NCBI GenBank assembly: GCA_000004695.1
Contig: CM000155.2
Coordinates: forward strand, 2,464,001 to 2,528,000
Reading direction: 5' to 3'
DNA length: 64,000 nt
Origin: Dictyostelium discoideum
Taxonomy: Eukaryota
A program made the position numbers and the translations under genes. Below are positions 36,475 to 58,190 of the stretch, one piece after another (the stretch's first letter is position 1; each line of letters opens with the position of its first letter). Below the pieces are notes generated by a model. The model did no database searches and had not been told where the DNA came from. It saw only the letters and a program-made list of their open reading frames with translations.

Positions 36475-36883
36475 GTTAATAACTTTTTTTCAATTTATTT
36501 TTTAATTATATTATTATTATTTAAAAATTCAAAACTCAAAAAAAAAATATATATATAAAGTAACAAGCCATTTATTCACAATGCATAATGCTATTTCAAT
36601 GTTAAATATTCGTGTCAAAGCCCTTAGTGATTATTTGCAAGCAGTTAAAGAGAAAAGATTACCATATGAACAAAATATTTTAAGAAAAGCCTCAAGTTTA
36701 TGCAATCAATTACCAACTATTGATACTCATGATTTTAAAAAATCTTATTTACAAGAATACAATGATGTTTTATTAGTTACTTATCTTGCCTCAATCACTA
36801 AAACCTCTGCTTCTCTCAATGATACCATCGATAAATATTTAGTTTCAAATGAAAAACAATCAAAGAGAAGATTTTACCAATAA
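35532..36883 (+). CDS. csn6: COP9 signalosome complex subunit 6 (MPN-domain protein), 312 aa. Model: join(35532..35832, 35994..36082, 36196..36421, 36561..36883).
   Basis: Collinear with metazoan CSN6 over the whole length: VDLHPLVLINISDHFTR...VIGVILGVQNGRNVEICNSFE (MPN); YEQFKKVFPLYDLLGWYSTG...DDILLHKQ; ISEHNESPLYLMLDT...IYESEL; GEAERIGVNHIAKVTPSGSEGSG; LFTMHNAISMLNIRVKALSDYLQAVKE...LPYEQNILRKASSLCNQLP...ITKT. Donors are T|GTAAAT, CAA|GTAGGT and T|GTAAGT. Every exon junction restores the conserved alignment (EQ-FK; HKQ-ISE). Confidence 0.8.
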
Positions 36884-37240
36884 ATTGTAGAAAATAAATA
36901 AAATAAAAAAAATAAAAAAAAAATAAAAAAAAAACTGAAATAAAATGTAAACTTTTTTTAAAAAATAATTTACATTTTAAATGTTTAAAATAAAAAAAAT
37001 TATTTAAAATTAAATTAAAAAATTAAAAAAAATTAAAATAATCCTTTTTTTCATCATGTTTTTTAACGCATTTTTTTTTTTAATTTTTTTTTAATTTTTT
37101 TTAATTTTTTAATTTTACATTGCACCAAAACGTTGGGCAGGGGTTTTTTTTTTTTTTGAAAATATTTAAATCAACTTTTTGAAAAAAAATTTTTAAGAAT
37201 TTTTTTTTTTTTTTTTTTTTTTTTTCCCCCCCCCCAAAGG

Positions 37241-37282
<42 letters not shown>

Positions 37283-37319
37283 TATAAATAAAATTGTATT
37301 TATATATACAATCCATAAA

Positions 37320-42713
<5,394 letters not shown>

Positions 42714-42784
42714 AATAAATAAAAACGATATACATATTTATAAATTTTAAATTTTTATTATTCTTTTTTTTTTTTTTTACAATA

Positions 42785-43399
42785 TTATCTACTTCTACTA
42801 CTACTTCTACTTCTACTTTTATTATAATTTATACTTCTTGAACGACCTCTATCAATAGACTTTTTTTCACTACTTCTACTTCGACTTCTACTATTTTCTC
42901 TTTTATTTACTTTATATTTATTTGATTTTTCATTATCTTCATCTTTACTACTACTTTTGTCACTCTTATTTTTTCTTCTTTTTGATGACCTTTTTCTGTG
43001 TTTTGAGTCTCTATCGGACTCACTACTGCTATCAGAATCACTACTGCTACTATCACTACTATCACTGTCGCTACTATCACTACTATCACTGTCACTACTA
43101 TCACTACTATCACTACTACTATCACTATCATCATCAGAAGAGGAATAAGATTTTCTTCTTTTCTTTTTCTTTGATAGTATTTTCTTTAATTTTTTATCTT
43201 TTAATTTCTTTTCCTTTTCATCATTATCTTTTGTTGAACCTTTTTGATATGAATTTAATGTTTTTTCTAAAAGCTTTTTATCATTTAAAAGTGCCGTTCT
43301 TGTTGGTCTTGATACATATAATGGTTTGGATTTACATTCAAATGATAAATGGCCAAATTGTAAACATTTTTGGCAGGGTCTTGAATTATTTTTGTTCAT
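42785..43399 (-). CDS. CCHC zinc-knuckle protein with an SR/RS- and (SD)n-rich tail (ZCCHC10-like), 204 aa.
   Basis: MNKNNSRPCQKCLQFGHLSFECKSKP contains a CX2CX4HX4C knuckle. It is followed by KKLK-rich, SSDDDSDSS...-rich and RSRSRS-rich low complexity. It is convergent with the Tag gene, with a 71-bp gap. Confidence 0.6.
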   Translation of the reverse strand: MNKNNSRPCQKCLQFGHLSFECKSKPLYVSRPTRTALLNDKKLLEKTLNSYQKGSTKDNDEKEKKLKDKKLKKILSKKKKRRKSYSSSDDDSDSSSDSSDSSDSDSSDSSDSDSSDSSSSDSDSSSESDRDSKHRKRSSKRRKNKSDKSSSKDEDNEKSNKYKVNKRENSRSRSRSSEKKSIDRGRSRSINYNKSRSRSSSRSR

Positions 43400-43867
43400 C
43401 TGATTGTTTAACTATTCTTTGGATTTCTATGAAGAAAAAAAAAAAAACAAGAAACCTATTTTTAAATTTTGAAATTAATTATTGGAATAAAAAAATAAAA
43501 AAAATAAAAAAAATAAAAAAAATAAAAAAAATAAGTGAAAAAAATAAGTGAAAAAAAAAAAATGAAAATAAACTAATATTTTCACTTTGACAAAGATTTT
43601 TATTTATATCTTTTTTTTTTTTTTTTTTTTTTTTTTATATATGAATTAAATACAATTTGTACAAAAAAGTTTATTTATTTTTTTTTTTTTTCTTTTTTTG
43701 TTGATATTAAAAAAAAAGTTTAAACGATTGAATTTGAGGGGGAGGGGGAGATATAATAATTAATTGGTAATAATTAATTACCAATAAAAAAGGATAAGCG
43801 CATATTTAAAAATGTTATTGAGAATATTGATTGAAGTTGTTGAAAAGTTTATACATTATTATTACTA

Positions 43868-43913
<46 letters not shown>

Positions 43914-44061
43914 TTTTTTTTTTTTTTTTTTGCTTAATATATGATTGATTATTATTATTATTATTATTTGAATTTTTTTTTGATTTTTTTTTTTTTTTTA
44001 CAAAATTCGGTAAAGATGTGAAAATAAAGAATCGGAAATTTTTTAAAATGTAATCGAGGAA

Positions 44062-44748
44062 TTAATTGCCAATACATTTAGTACCAGTTAAATTAATTCC
44101 ATTTCTCATTTTAAAGTTTTCCAACCAACCACTACTAGCCTTGAAAGTGTTATTATTTAATTGTTTTGATAAATCGAGAGCAAACTTTTTAATGGTTTCA
44201 CCGCTAACCATTTCACCATTAGCACGAGCTTGATTAATTTTTTCAATTATTAAATTTTCTTGTTCAATTGAGAAGGAGGCTTTTGGACCTTTGTGTAATT
44301 TCTTTAAATTCTTTTTACCAAAACTTCTATATTTATCAATGTTTGAAATCCAACGAGAAATAATACTACGAGAGATATGATATTTCTTTACAACATGATT
44401 CATACCAAACTTATTTTTCTCTTCAAGAATTTCCAACTTTTTATACACCTCATATGATTTTCTTGGTTTCTTACCATTAATAGCGGCAGCACTAACTCTT
44501 TTACTCACTTTACCACTATTTGTAATTTGGTTATTAATATTATTATTATTATTATTATTAAATTCACTACCACTACAAATTGGTGAATTTGGAACTTGCA
44601 TCATTGGGCTACTTGGTTCATCTCTTCTTGATGAACAATCATCACTATCATATTCACTATCATCATCTGAAAAATTATTATTGTTATTATTATTATTGTT
44701 ATTATTATTATTATTATTATAATTATTATTATTATTATAATCAATAAA

Positions 44749-44796
<48 letters not shown>

Positions 44797-45321
44797 AAAA
44801 ATATTATTATTAAAATTATTATTATTTGAGGATGGAACTTTAACTGGTGAAGAAGAAACTATTGGTGAATGAACTGGAGTTGTTTGAGTTGAATAATAAT
44901 AATTTGGAGAGGTACTTGTTGGAGATGATGGTGATGATGGTGTTTTGGTTTTTAAGCTTGCAATTGTATTTATAATGGTTTCATCTGATGTATCTTCAAT
45001 AAGTGATGATTGATCTGAATTATTATAGGATTGAATATACATATTTACATTATTAAAACTACTATTTAAACTATTATTTTTAATTGAAACTCTTGAAATT
45101 TTATTGAAATTATTATGATTATTATTATTATTATTATTAAAATTATTATTATTAAAATTATTAAAATTATTATTATTATTATTATTATTATTATTTGTAT
45201 TGTTATCTGAAATATTTATTATTTGTATTAATGGTGTTGTTGTTGTTGTTGTTGTTGTTGTAGTTGGTGTTGGTAATGTAATTGGTTTTGAAATATTATT
45301 TAAAATATAATGTAATTCCAT
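44062..45321 (-). CDS. Poly-N-rich protein with C-terminal psq-type and CENP-B-type HTH DNA-binding domains (pogo/Tigger-derived DNA-binding module), 419 aa.
   Basis: The C-terminal 150 aa read KRVSAAAINGKKPRKSYEVYKKLEILEEKNKFGMNHVVKKYHISRSIISRWISNIDKYRSFGKK...KGPKASFSIEQENLIIEKINQARANGEMVSGETIKKFALDLSKQ...FKASSGWLENFKMRNGI. This matches the CENP-B N-terminal and HTH_Tc5 patterns (two helix-turn-helix units, GWxxxFxxR). The N-terminus is low-complexity N/T/S-rich. Confidence 0.5.
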
Positions 45322-46603
45322 TTTTTTTTTTTTTATTTTTTTTTTTTTTTTTTTATTTATTTATATACTATTAATTATTATTATTGAAAAATTATTTTAT
45401 GTGTAAAAATTATTACTATTTATTATTTATTGTGTATGAAAAAGAATTATCTGAATGATAAAATTATTTTTTTTTTTTGAATTGTTTTTTTTTTTATATT
45501 TTGTAAAAGGTAAAAAAAAATAAAAATTAAAAAAATAAAAATTAATTTAATTGAAAATTTGAAAATGTAGACTCTGAAAAAATTGAGAAAAGGGAAAAAA
45601 AAAAATAAAAAAAAAATTAATATAAAATTATTTAATATTTGAAAAGGTAATGTTGAAGTGGAATAATTTTTTTTTTTTTTAAAATAAAATTAAATTAATT
45701 AAAATAAAAAAAAAACTGAAAATAATGTTTTTATATAAATGATGGATGAAATAAAATTTGTTGTTTTAGGACAAAAAAAAAAAGAATTTTAAAAAAAAAA
45801 AAATAAAAATAAATTTATAAAATTAAAAAAAATAAAAAAAAATAAATTAAAAAATCAAAATTAAATTTTTTTTTTTTTTGTTTTTTTTAATTTCATTCCA
45901 AAAACAAAAGAATTTATTTCGATGAATTGGTTTCGAGCAAGAAAAAAAAAAATTTTAGGTGTGAAAAAACAGTGTTGAGAAATCTTTAGAAAAAAATTGC
46001 ATGTGCATGATTGTGTGGTGTAAAAATGTGGGATTTTTTTTTGAATTAACCCGCTCATTCACAGAGTTTTCGATTAATTTTATTTTTTTTTGATGCAAAC
46101 GAAAAAAAAAAATAAAAAAAAAATAAAAATAAAAATAAATTTAAATTAAAAAAAAAGATTGTTTGGCGAGCTCGCCGATGCGTGTTTTTTTTTTGGGGTT
46201 TTTTTTTTTTTTTATAAGTATTTTTAATTTTATGCAAAGGAGCTTACTCTTATTTTTAAAAATAGTAATTTTTTTAAAAATTTGAGAAATATAAATAATA
46301 AAAAAAAATTATACAATTTTAACAAAGATTTTTTTATTTTTTTTTTATTTTTTTTTTATTTTTATTTTTTTTTGACAATGCAAATTTAACAAATCATTTT
46401 TTATGTTGGTTTTTTACAGTCAATATTATGACTGTATTAATGATTTTTTTTAATTTTTTTTTTTAATTTTTTTTAATTTTATTTTTTATTTTTAATTTTT
46501 TTTTTTTTTTTTTTTTTTTTTTTGTGTAAACAACAATTTTTTGAAAAAATAATCACGATGGCAAAAAAAAATTTATGAAATCGAATGATATTTTTTTTTT
46601 TTT

Positions 46604-46642
<39 letters not shown>

Positions 46643-46864
46643 GTTTAAGAAAGACTTCAATTTCGAAGAACTTGTGTAATAAAGATATTTTTTTTTTTTT
46701 TTTGGGATAGGGTACCAAATCTTTATTATTTTTATTATTTATTATTTTTTATTTTTTTTTTGGGGAGGTGAAAAAAAAAAAAAAAAAAATTGAAAGAAAA
46801 GAGAAAAAAAAAAATAAAAAAAAAAAATTTTTTTACAATTTCTGATGGAAAGAGATAAAAAAAG

Positions 46865-46930
<66 letters not shown>

Positions 46931-46943
46931 CTATTAATTGTTT

Positions 46944-47019
<76 letters not shown>

Positions 47020-47662
47020 ATTTAAGGAATAAAACAACATCAATTGCGTGTTGTTATTGCAGTTGTCATAAATTCTACAATAAACATATTTTTTTTATTT
47101 TTTTTTTTATTTTATCTGTACAAGAGTTGGTTGCTATGTTGTGTGGTGTTTAATTATGTGTCACTTTACATTGTTTTTTTTTTTTTTTTTTTTAATATTA
47201 TTTATTGTTATTTGATTTCCTATTGTAATTTTTATTGTGTCAAATAAAAATAGATATTACAAAGGTTTTTTTTTTTTTTTTTTTTTTTATAAAAAAAAAA
47301 GAAATTACTTACTTTAAAAAAAAAAAAATAAAAATAAAAATAAAAATTAAAAATAAAAAAAAAATAATAATAATAATAATAACAACAATATATAAACGGT
47401 TCCAGTAAAAACATTGATTTTTTTATTTTTTTATTTTTTTTTTTTTAATAGTGTGTGATTCTATTATTAGAACCAATGGTTCATATTTTTTTTTTTTTTT
47501 TTTATATTATAGGTGGGGGTAGATAAAATAAATTCCATTAGGTGATAGTTATTGTGGGTGAGTGGGTGTTATAGTGTGTGATAATTGTGAAGTTATATAT
47601 GGCGATGATGGAAATAGTGTTCGCTCCATACAAAAATTAAAATAATAATAATTATTATTATC

Positions 47663-47696
<34 letters not shown>

Positions 47697-47723
47697 CATC
47701 AAGAGAAGAGTTTGTTAAAATTT

Positions 47724-47757
<34 letters not shown>

Positions 47758-47869
47758 TTTACTTACAATGAAAGCGTAGATTGTTGTATTACTTTGTAGA
47801 ATATGTTGCAAAAAAAAATGAAATATATTTTTTTTTTTTTTAAGCTCTATTAGTCAGACTTAAAATTAA

Positions 47870-47908
<39 letters not shown>

Positions 47909-47958
47909 AATTAAAATAAATAAAATAAAATAATTAAATAATTTAATAAATAGATTAA

Positions 47959-48009
<51 letters not shown>

Positions 48010-48010
48010 A
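47870..48010. repeat. (AAAT)n microsatellite of about 30 units in two blocks.
   Basis: The sequence aataaataaataaataaataaataaataaataaa occurs at 47870-47910 and again at 47958-48010. Confidence 0.9.
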
Positions 48011-49436
48011 AATTAATTAATAAATAAGTGGATTGGAAATTATTGTGGTATTAGATTTTTTTTTTTTTTTATAGTATTTTTGTTGACGTTGAAAAAATAA
48101 ATGTGTTATTATTAAAAAATATTTATTTTATTATTTTGTTTTTTTTTTTTTTTTGAAAGAATTTGAGAATATTAATAGATATTATTAAATATAGAATTTG
48201 TTGATTTTATTTTTTTTTTATTTTTTTTTTTATTGGGTGGAGTAGTGATATTGTGGAGTAGTTATATTTAATGTTTTTTTTTTTTTTTTTTTTTTTTTTT
48301 TTGATTGTGTGGTGCAAAGAATTTTTTTCTTATAATTTGGTGTTGGATAAATTAATAAATAAAATAAATAATTTTTTTTGTTTTTTTTTTTTGGTTGCTT
48401 AAATAATTTTTGTTTTTAGATTAATGGTTTGTTTGTTGGTTTTAAAGAGAAAAAAAAAAAAAAAAAAATCAAATTTATTAATATTTTTTTTTTTTTTTTT
48501 TAAATATACAAATAATTTAATAAAATAATAAATAAATAAAAAAAAATAATAATAAATAAAAAAAAAAAAAATATGTCTATTTAAATAAATATTAATTTTT
48601 TTTATTTTTTATTTTTTTTTTTTAATAAATTAAATTTGGGTAATTGGGTGTTGATAATATTATACTCATGACTAAAATAATAACATGAGTGAAAAGAAAG
48701 AAACTGCGATGGTGATGATGATGAGGAAAAATAATATTATGGTGTGGGTGAGTGGGTGTGTGGGGTTTTAAAAAAAAAAAAAAAAAGTATGTGCGATACA
48801 TACAATGTTGAGTTTATAAACTCAAAAAAAACAACACAACAACAATAAAAACAACACCATTAACAACAACAACAACAACAACAAAAACAACAAAAACAAC
48901 AACAACAAAAACAACAACAACAAAAACAAAAATAAGAATAATAATAACAATAATAAAATTTTAACAATAACAAGCAGCAACAAAAAAAATAACACCCACA
49001 CACCAACCACATACACACTACTGCAACAATAGATAGATATGGAAAGAATATGAAGGTAACTTTAGAACCAAAATTTTAAATGCATCAACAATGTCGATAT
49101 ATATCAAAATTAAGTGAAATTTTTGTGTTGACACAAGAAAATGAATGAAAGTAAAAACCACTCGCACAATAACAAAAAAATAAAAATAAAATAATAAAAA
49201 AAATAAAAAAATAATAAAACAAAAATAAACACACACACCCACACACCCACCACGGTGTTATTGTGAAGTGATGAATGATTCAATATAATACAAACTCTAT
49301 TTTTATAGTTCCTTTATGAAACAAATGTGTGGTGAATTTTTTTTTTTTATTATTTTTATTTTTTTTTTGTTATTCTATTAATATTTTTTATTATATTAAT
49401 AGTGGGCGATATATTATGAAAGGGGTTTTTCTTTTA

Positions 49437-49502
<66 letters not shown>

Positions 49503-50490
49503 CAACCAAAATAATAATAATAATAAAAAAACACAATAGTAATAAAAAAAAAAACAATAGGAAAATAATAAAAAATTAAGTGATTTTATAATTATTATTG
49601 GTATTATTAAATTAATTAATATTTTTCATTACATTTGTTTTAAACCTACTACTTTTACCGCTACCGTTTTTTTTTTTTTTTTTTTTTTATTTTTAAAATA
49701 TTTCGCGATATAAAATTTGTTACTACTAATTTTTTGGGGCAAGATATAAAAATAGAATATTATTATTATTTTTATTGTCAAGTAAAAAAAAAAAATTATT
49801 ATTAATAATAAAAATAATAATAATAATATAAAATAAAAAATTTAAATTAAATAAAATAAAAATCAAATTAAATAAAATAAATGTTTAAAATTAGGATATT
49901 TTACTAGGATTTATTTTTTTATTTTTTTATTTATTTATTTATTTTTTTTTTTTTTTTTGAAAGAGTGAGAGAGATAAAGAATGATAGAGAGTGAGAGATA
50001 TGTATGTGTGTTGTGCAAATAAAAATTTATTTTTAATTTTTTATTATTGAAATATAATATATGATGATGATGGTGATGAAGATGATGATGAATATGATGA
50101 ATTTTATTTGTATGACTATAAATATGATGCTATGGAGAATAAAATTTTATATAGTTACCAAAAATAGATTTTAATAAATTAATATTTGACTTTCTTATTG
50201 TTATTTTATAATAGTTGTTAAATTTATATTTTTTTTATATAATTATTATTATTTTTTTTTTTTTTAATTTATTTTATTTTTTATATATATATATAATTTT
50301 TATATTTTTTCCAAAGGATCCTTTGGAATGGGCGAATTTATTTATTTATTTTGAATTAGTTAGTTTATTGGTAGTTTGAGATTTTTTTATTTTTTTATAT
50401 TTTATTTTTTTAAAGTGAGACCATTGAAAATTATTGTGTTTGGTCAGGTTATTGGGTTAGTGTGTTTGTGAGTGAGTGAGCTTGTGATTT

Positions 50491-50526
<36 letters not shown>

Positions 50527-52468
50527 TATATTATTATTATTATTTGAAAAACTTAGAGGAGAGAGAGAGAGAGATATTAATTTAAATTTAATTAATTAAA
50601 ATGAAAAAAGTTTTTTTTTATTATTTTAATTTATATCTTTTTTTTCTTTAAAAATTTATTTTTAATTCTTTAATTAATTATTTTTATTATTATTTTTTTA
50701 TTATAAATTTAATTTTATTGATAGTTTGAATTTATTTCTTAATATTTTACTAAACTATTATTTTATTAGATTTATAGTGTTATGTATAATGTGATGAAAA
50801 GCCAGTACTTTTAGTATTTTTTTTTAATAAAAGTTCTATTTTTGTGTTGATTAATCAAGGAATTAGATTTATAGATAAAATAATAAATGGCGTTTTTTTT
50901 AAATTATTTGTTTTTTTTTAAAATTAAGTATATAAGAAACCAATTTTTAAATTAATAAAAATAAATAAATAAATAAAAAAAAAATTAAAATTTAAATAAC
51001 CATGATTATAGTTGTAAAATTTTAGGTGATTTCAATTCAGTTTATACTATTTTTGATTCTATAATTATTGTTTATCGTAAGAACGTGGTGGTGTTTGTAT
51101 AAGTAAAAATACTTGGAAAAAGGTGTTATATATTTAATTAAAAAAAAAACAAAAATAATTAAAATAAATAAAAATTTAAAAATACAAGTGTCAGGTAGTG
51201 GTGGTGGGGGGTGGTAATAATTATGTACACAGTTGACGTTGACTCAAATGAAGAAAGGAAAAAAAATAATCAATATAAATTATATATACATATATAATTT
51301 TGTTTTTTTACAAAACAAATTTGTTTTTGAGTAATTTTTAAGAATGGGGTGAGTACCTTATTTAAAGAATTATAAATATATAATTAAAATATATATATAT
51401 ATTTTTTTTTTTTAAAAAAAAAATAGATTATCTCATAATGTTTAGATAGTAAAATACAAAAAACAAAAAAAATATTTAAAAAAGCCTTTATACACATTGT
51501 TAATCCCAGTGTGTGTGTGTTTATATGTGTTAATTATTATGATGATAATAATTATAAATATTATGTTCACATATTTTAATTGAATATTTACAAATATTCC
51601 TATTTAAAAATAGATTTGCTTTAATTTTTATTGACTTTTTTTTTTCTTTATTATTTTACAAGGTGATTTGGCGTCATTGTGAGTTTTTTCACCTTGTTAA
51701 ATTTATATCAACACTAATCAATTTGTGTGTGGTAAAAGATTGTGTGGAAAAAAAATAGAAATTTGATTTTTTTATTATGTATTTATTTAAGTTTTTTTTT
51801 AAATTTTTTTTTTTTTTTTTTTAAAAACAACACACCCATACCACTAAAAATGATATATCTAATGATTTTTTTGTTGAATTTTATTCAGCTAATAGAAGAA
51901 ATCCTTTTTTTTTTTTTTTTTATTAAAAATTATTTCAAATAATGGTTTACTTGTATTTGATATACAAATTCCTTCCATTTTTATCTTAATAGATCAATAG
52001 AAAATAATAATAAAATTTGACATTTAAAAAAAAAAAAAAAAAAAAAATTATTTATAAATATATATTTGATTTAATTGGTGATTTAATAAAAAAAATATAT
52101 ATTTATCAATAACAAACTCCAGCTTTATTTTGTAATTGGCCTTTTTTTAAAATTTAAGTGAATTTCTGTATGTGTGAATAAAATTATGAAAAACAGAGTG
52201 AATGAGGGTATTTATATAATGAAAAACAAACACACTCACACACCTAAACAATTTTTACACTCTCGAAATATTGTGTTGTGGTTAAATCATATTGTTTTGT
52301 TTGATTTTTTTTATTTTAGAAAACCGTTAAAATTATTTTTATTTTATATTACCTTTTATTCCACTCTTTATATATATGAGTTTTATTTGGGTGTACACGA
52401 GTATGTGATATGATGGGAAATCAATTGATTATTCTAATAGTGGTTTTCCAATTTTTTTTTTTTTTTTT

Positions 52469-52511
<43 letters not shown>

Positions 52512-53022
52512 ATTAAATTTATATATATCCACTGATATTGTTTTATCTTTTATTTTAAAATTGCGCCATACAAACAAAAAGAAAATAAATAATTAAATCT
52601 AAATACCAACCAACTAACACATTTTATTACAAACCTTTTTTTTTTTATTTTTTCGAAATTATTAACAATTTAAGGTTTTAAATCTCTTTTTTATTCCATG
52701 ACATAATTTATGTTTTTCAATAATTTAATGTTGATAAAACTGTTAATCAGCGATTTAAAAATAAAAATAAAAATAATGTTGATTATTGGGATTCCAATAA
52801 AATTTTAATAATAAATTTAAAGGAATTCAATATTTTTTATTTTTTTTATTTTTATTATTATTTTTAATTTTTTTATTAGAAAATATTTATGTATCAGTTT
52901 ACAAATATTAAAAATTTATTTATTATTATTATTATTATTTTCATTATTATTTTTATTATCATTATTATTAATATTATAATTTTTTTTTTTTTTTTTTTTT
53001 GTTTTTTTTTGTTTTATTTTAT

Positions 53023-56139
<3,117 letters not shown>

Positions 56140-56282
56140 TTTATGTGTGGAAGAAAAAAAAGAAAAAAGAAAAATAAAATTTAAAAAAAAAAAAATGAAA
56201 AAAAGAAAAAAGATTTTTTTTTTTATTTATTTTTTATTTTTTTATTTTATTTTTTTTTTTAAATAAAAATAATTTTTAAAAT

Positions 56283-57716
56283 TTATTCATAATAATAACA
56301 AAATGAATCGAAAATATAAAATGATTTTTTATAAATTATACCAAATTGATTTGAGGCTTTTGTTCTCATTGTGATTACTATACCATGAGATTTTTGAACA
56401 GAGGTAGCAATTAATTGAATTGATGGTTGTCCTAATTCAACATCATAGCATTGAATGGAAGCTGTTGAGGCTAGATGTTTATCTAAACGAATGAAACTTG
56501 GTTCTTCAGTTAACAATTTCGATTCTGGTAATAATTGTAACATTCTACCAATGACATCATTACTATATTCATTTAGCCTAATAATACCTGCTGATGAGAT
56601 ATCTTCAACTGCAATTCTTACACAGTATGGTAAATCATTAGTATTCTTGGTTGTATCTTTGAATGATATCATTTCACCATTTGGTTTAATTGATGCGAGT
56701 TCAAATGATTTTGGTATATTTAAATTATAGCCAACCATTAAATTATCGAATATATCATAAGGTAATGGTGATCTTGCTTTTAGTATATGTCCACTTGTTA
56801 CACCTAAATAATTGATTAGTCTATCGAATACTTTAACATAGTAAGCTTTATCTCCATTTGGTACTCTAAATGATAATCTTATCCATTGATCGAATTGGAA
56901 TAAAACATCTCTACCATTGTCACTATCATACTGTTTGGCTACAACCACTAACTTTTTACCATTACCATCACGATAATTCAAATTGATTTGAATGTCTTTG
57001 CATTCATCACCTAAACTACCATCATTTGTAAATTCACTATCACTTTTTGTAATACTAAATACTAAACCTCCATCAAGCACCACCTTTTCATCCTTATAAA
57101 TATGTTGTATATCTCCATTAATTTTCTTTGACCAATCTTTTGGGTAAAAATACTCTAAATATATTTCATTTGAATTTGATGTTGATGACGATGACGATGA
57201 TGATAATAATAATGAATTCATTGATAATTGTAAAAATTTATAACCTTTACATTTAAATAGATTAAAAGAACTAATTGCATGATCGTGAACATATAAATGT
57301 TGTTGAAAGAATTCGTCTGCTTTTGATGTATATGAAATTATATAGGCATGACCTTGATCGAAAAAGAAGGATTGTTTGGATTTCATATGATCATTTGGTA
57401 AGTAATAAATAATTGAACGACCATTATATTTGCCACCAATTAATTCGTCAGAGAAACTTGATGGTTTTGCACCAACTCTTAATATTTCACCCATTATCAT
57501 TTGTTGAAACTGATCAACTTTCACCAATGATGTATCCCTTGAAAACATTGATAAATCTATAATTTGAATATTGAATGAAGGATAAGTTAATTCTTCTTTT
57601 TCTTTAAATCCAACTACAAAAAATGAATTATCTGTTTTTATCCAATTACTCGGATAATCACATGAAAAACCATAAATTTGTGATTCATATGTTGAAAATG
57701 TTATAATTTCTTCCAT
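56283..57716 (-). CDS. Hypothetical protein of 477 aa.
   Basis: Single ORF with an ATG at 57716 (MEEIITFSTYESQIYGFSCDYPSNWIK...). Composition is moderately complex, with a poly-S/D linker. I recognise no family. It lies 140 bp upstream of cog4 on the same strand. Confidence 0.5.
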   Translation of the reverse strand: MEEIITFSTYESQIYGFSCDYPSNWIKTDNSFFVVGFKEKEELTYPSFNIQIIDLSMFSRDTSLVKVDQFQQMIMGEILRVGAKPSSFSDELIGGKYNGRSIIYYLPNDHMKSKQSFFFDQGHAYIISYTSKADEFFQQHLYVHDHAISSFNLFKCKGYKFLQLSMNSLLLSSSSSSSTSNSNEIYLEYFYPKDWSKKINGDIQHIYKDEKVVLDGGLVFSITKSDSEFTNDGSLGDECKDIQINLNYRDGNGKKLVVVAKQYDSDNGRDVLFQFDQWIRLSFRVPNGDKAYYVKVFDRLINYLGVTSGHILKARSPLPYDIFDNLMVGYNLNIPKSFELASIKPNGEMISFKDTTKNTNDLPYCVRIAVEDISSAGIIRLNEYSNDVIGRMLQLLPESKLLTEEPSFIRLDKHLASTASIQCYDVELGQPSIQLIATSVQKSHGIVITMRTKASNQFGIIYKKSFYIFDSFCYYYE

Positions 57717-58190
57717 TATCTGTTTTTTTAAATTATTTTTTAAAAAATAAAAAAAAAAAGAAATAGTTTGGGTTTTGAATTCGGTGAAAAAAAAAAAAAA
57801 AAAGAAAAAAAATTAAAAAAAATAATTTTGAAAAAATAAAAAAAAAACCAAATTTAAGTAAAACTTTGAGATTAAAATAAAAAATAATTTATTTTTCTTA
57901 AATTATATATTGTTTTTGAATTTTTTATTAATTTATTATTTATACCTCATACCCAATTTATATTTATAATTAAAAAATTATAATAAATTTTTTTAAAAAA
58001 AAATATTAAAAAAATAAAATAAAAAAGATTTTTTTTTTTTTTTTTTTTTTCTTTTTCCTATTTTTTTTTTTTTTGTTTTTTTTTTTGTTTTTTTTTTTTT
58101 TTTTTTTTAATTGTTGTCGAGACACATTATATTATATTATTAATTTAAATTACACCATATAAAATATTATATTTATATATAATAAACAAT

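Noticed and set aside
42907-43551. Overlapping ORFs 42907..43134 (-), 42922..43551 (+, poly-Y/H) and 42957..43148 (+).
   Set aside because: They are alternative-frame readings of the (GAT/AGT)n SD-repeat in the CCHC-SR gene. Only the minus-strand frame has a zinc knuckle and a proper ATG.
43735-43750. GGGGGAGGGGGAG run as a possible G-quadruplex.
   Set aside because: It has only two G-tracts. Four are required for an intramolecular quadruplex.
46735-47811. ORFs in the gene-poor region (46735, 47044, 47232, 47593, 48822, 49018, 49329, 51742, 52174 and others).
   Set aside because: They are translations of poly(A), poly(T), (AAT)n or (CAA)n tracts giving poly-F, poly-K or poly-L. There are no splice signals, no complexity and no start context.
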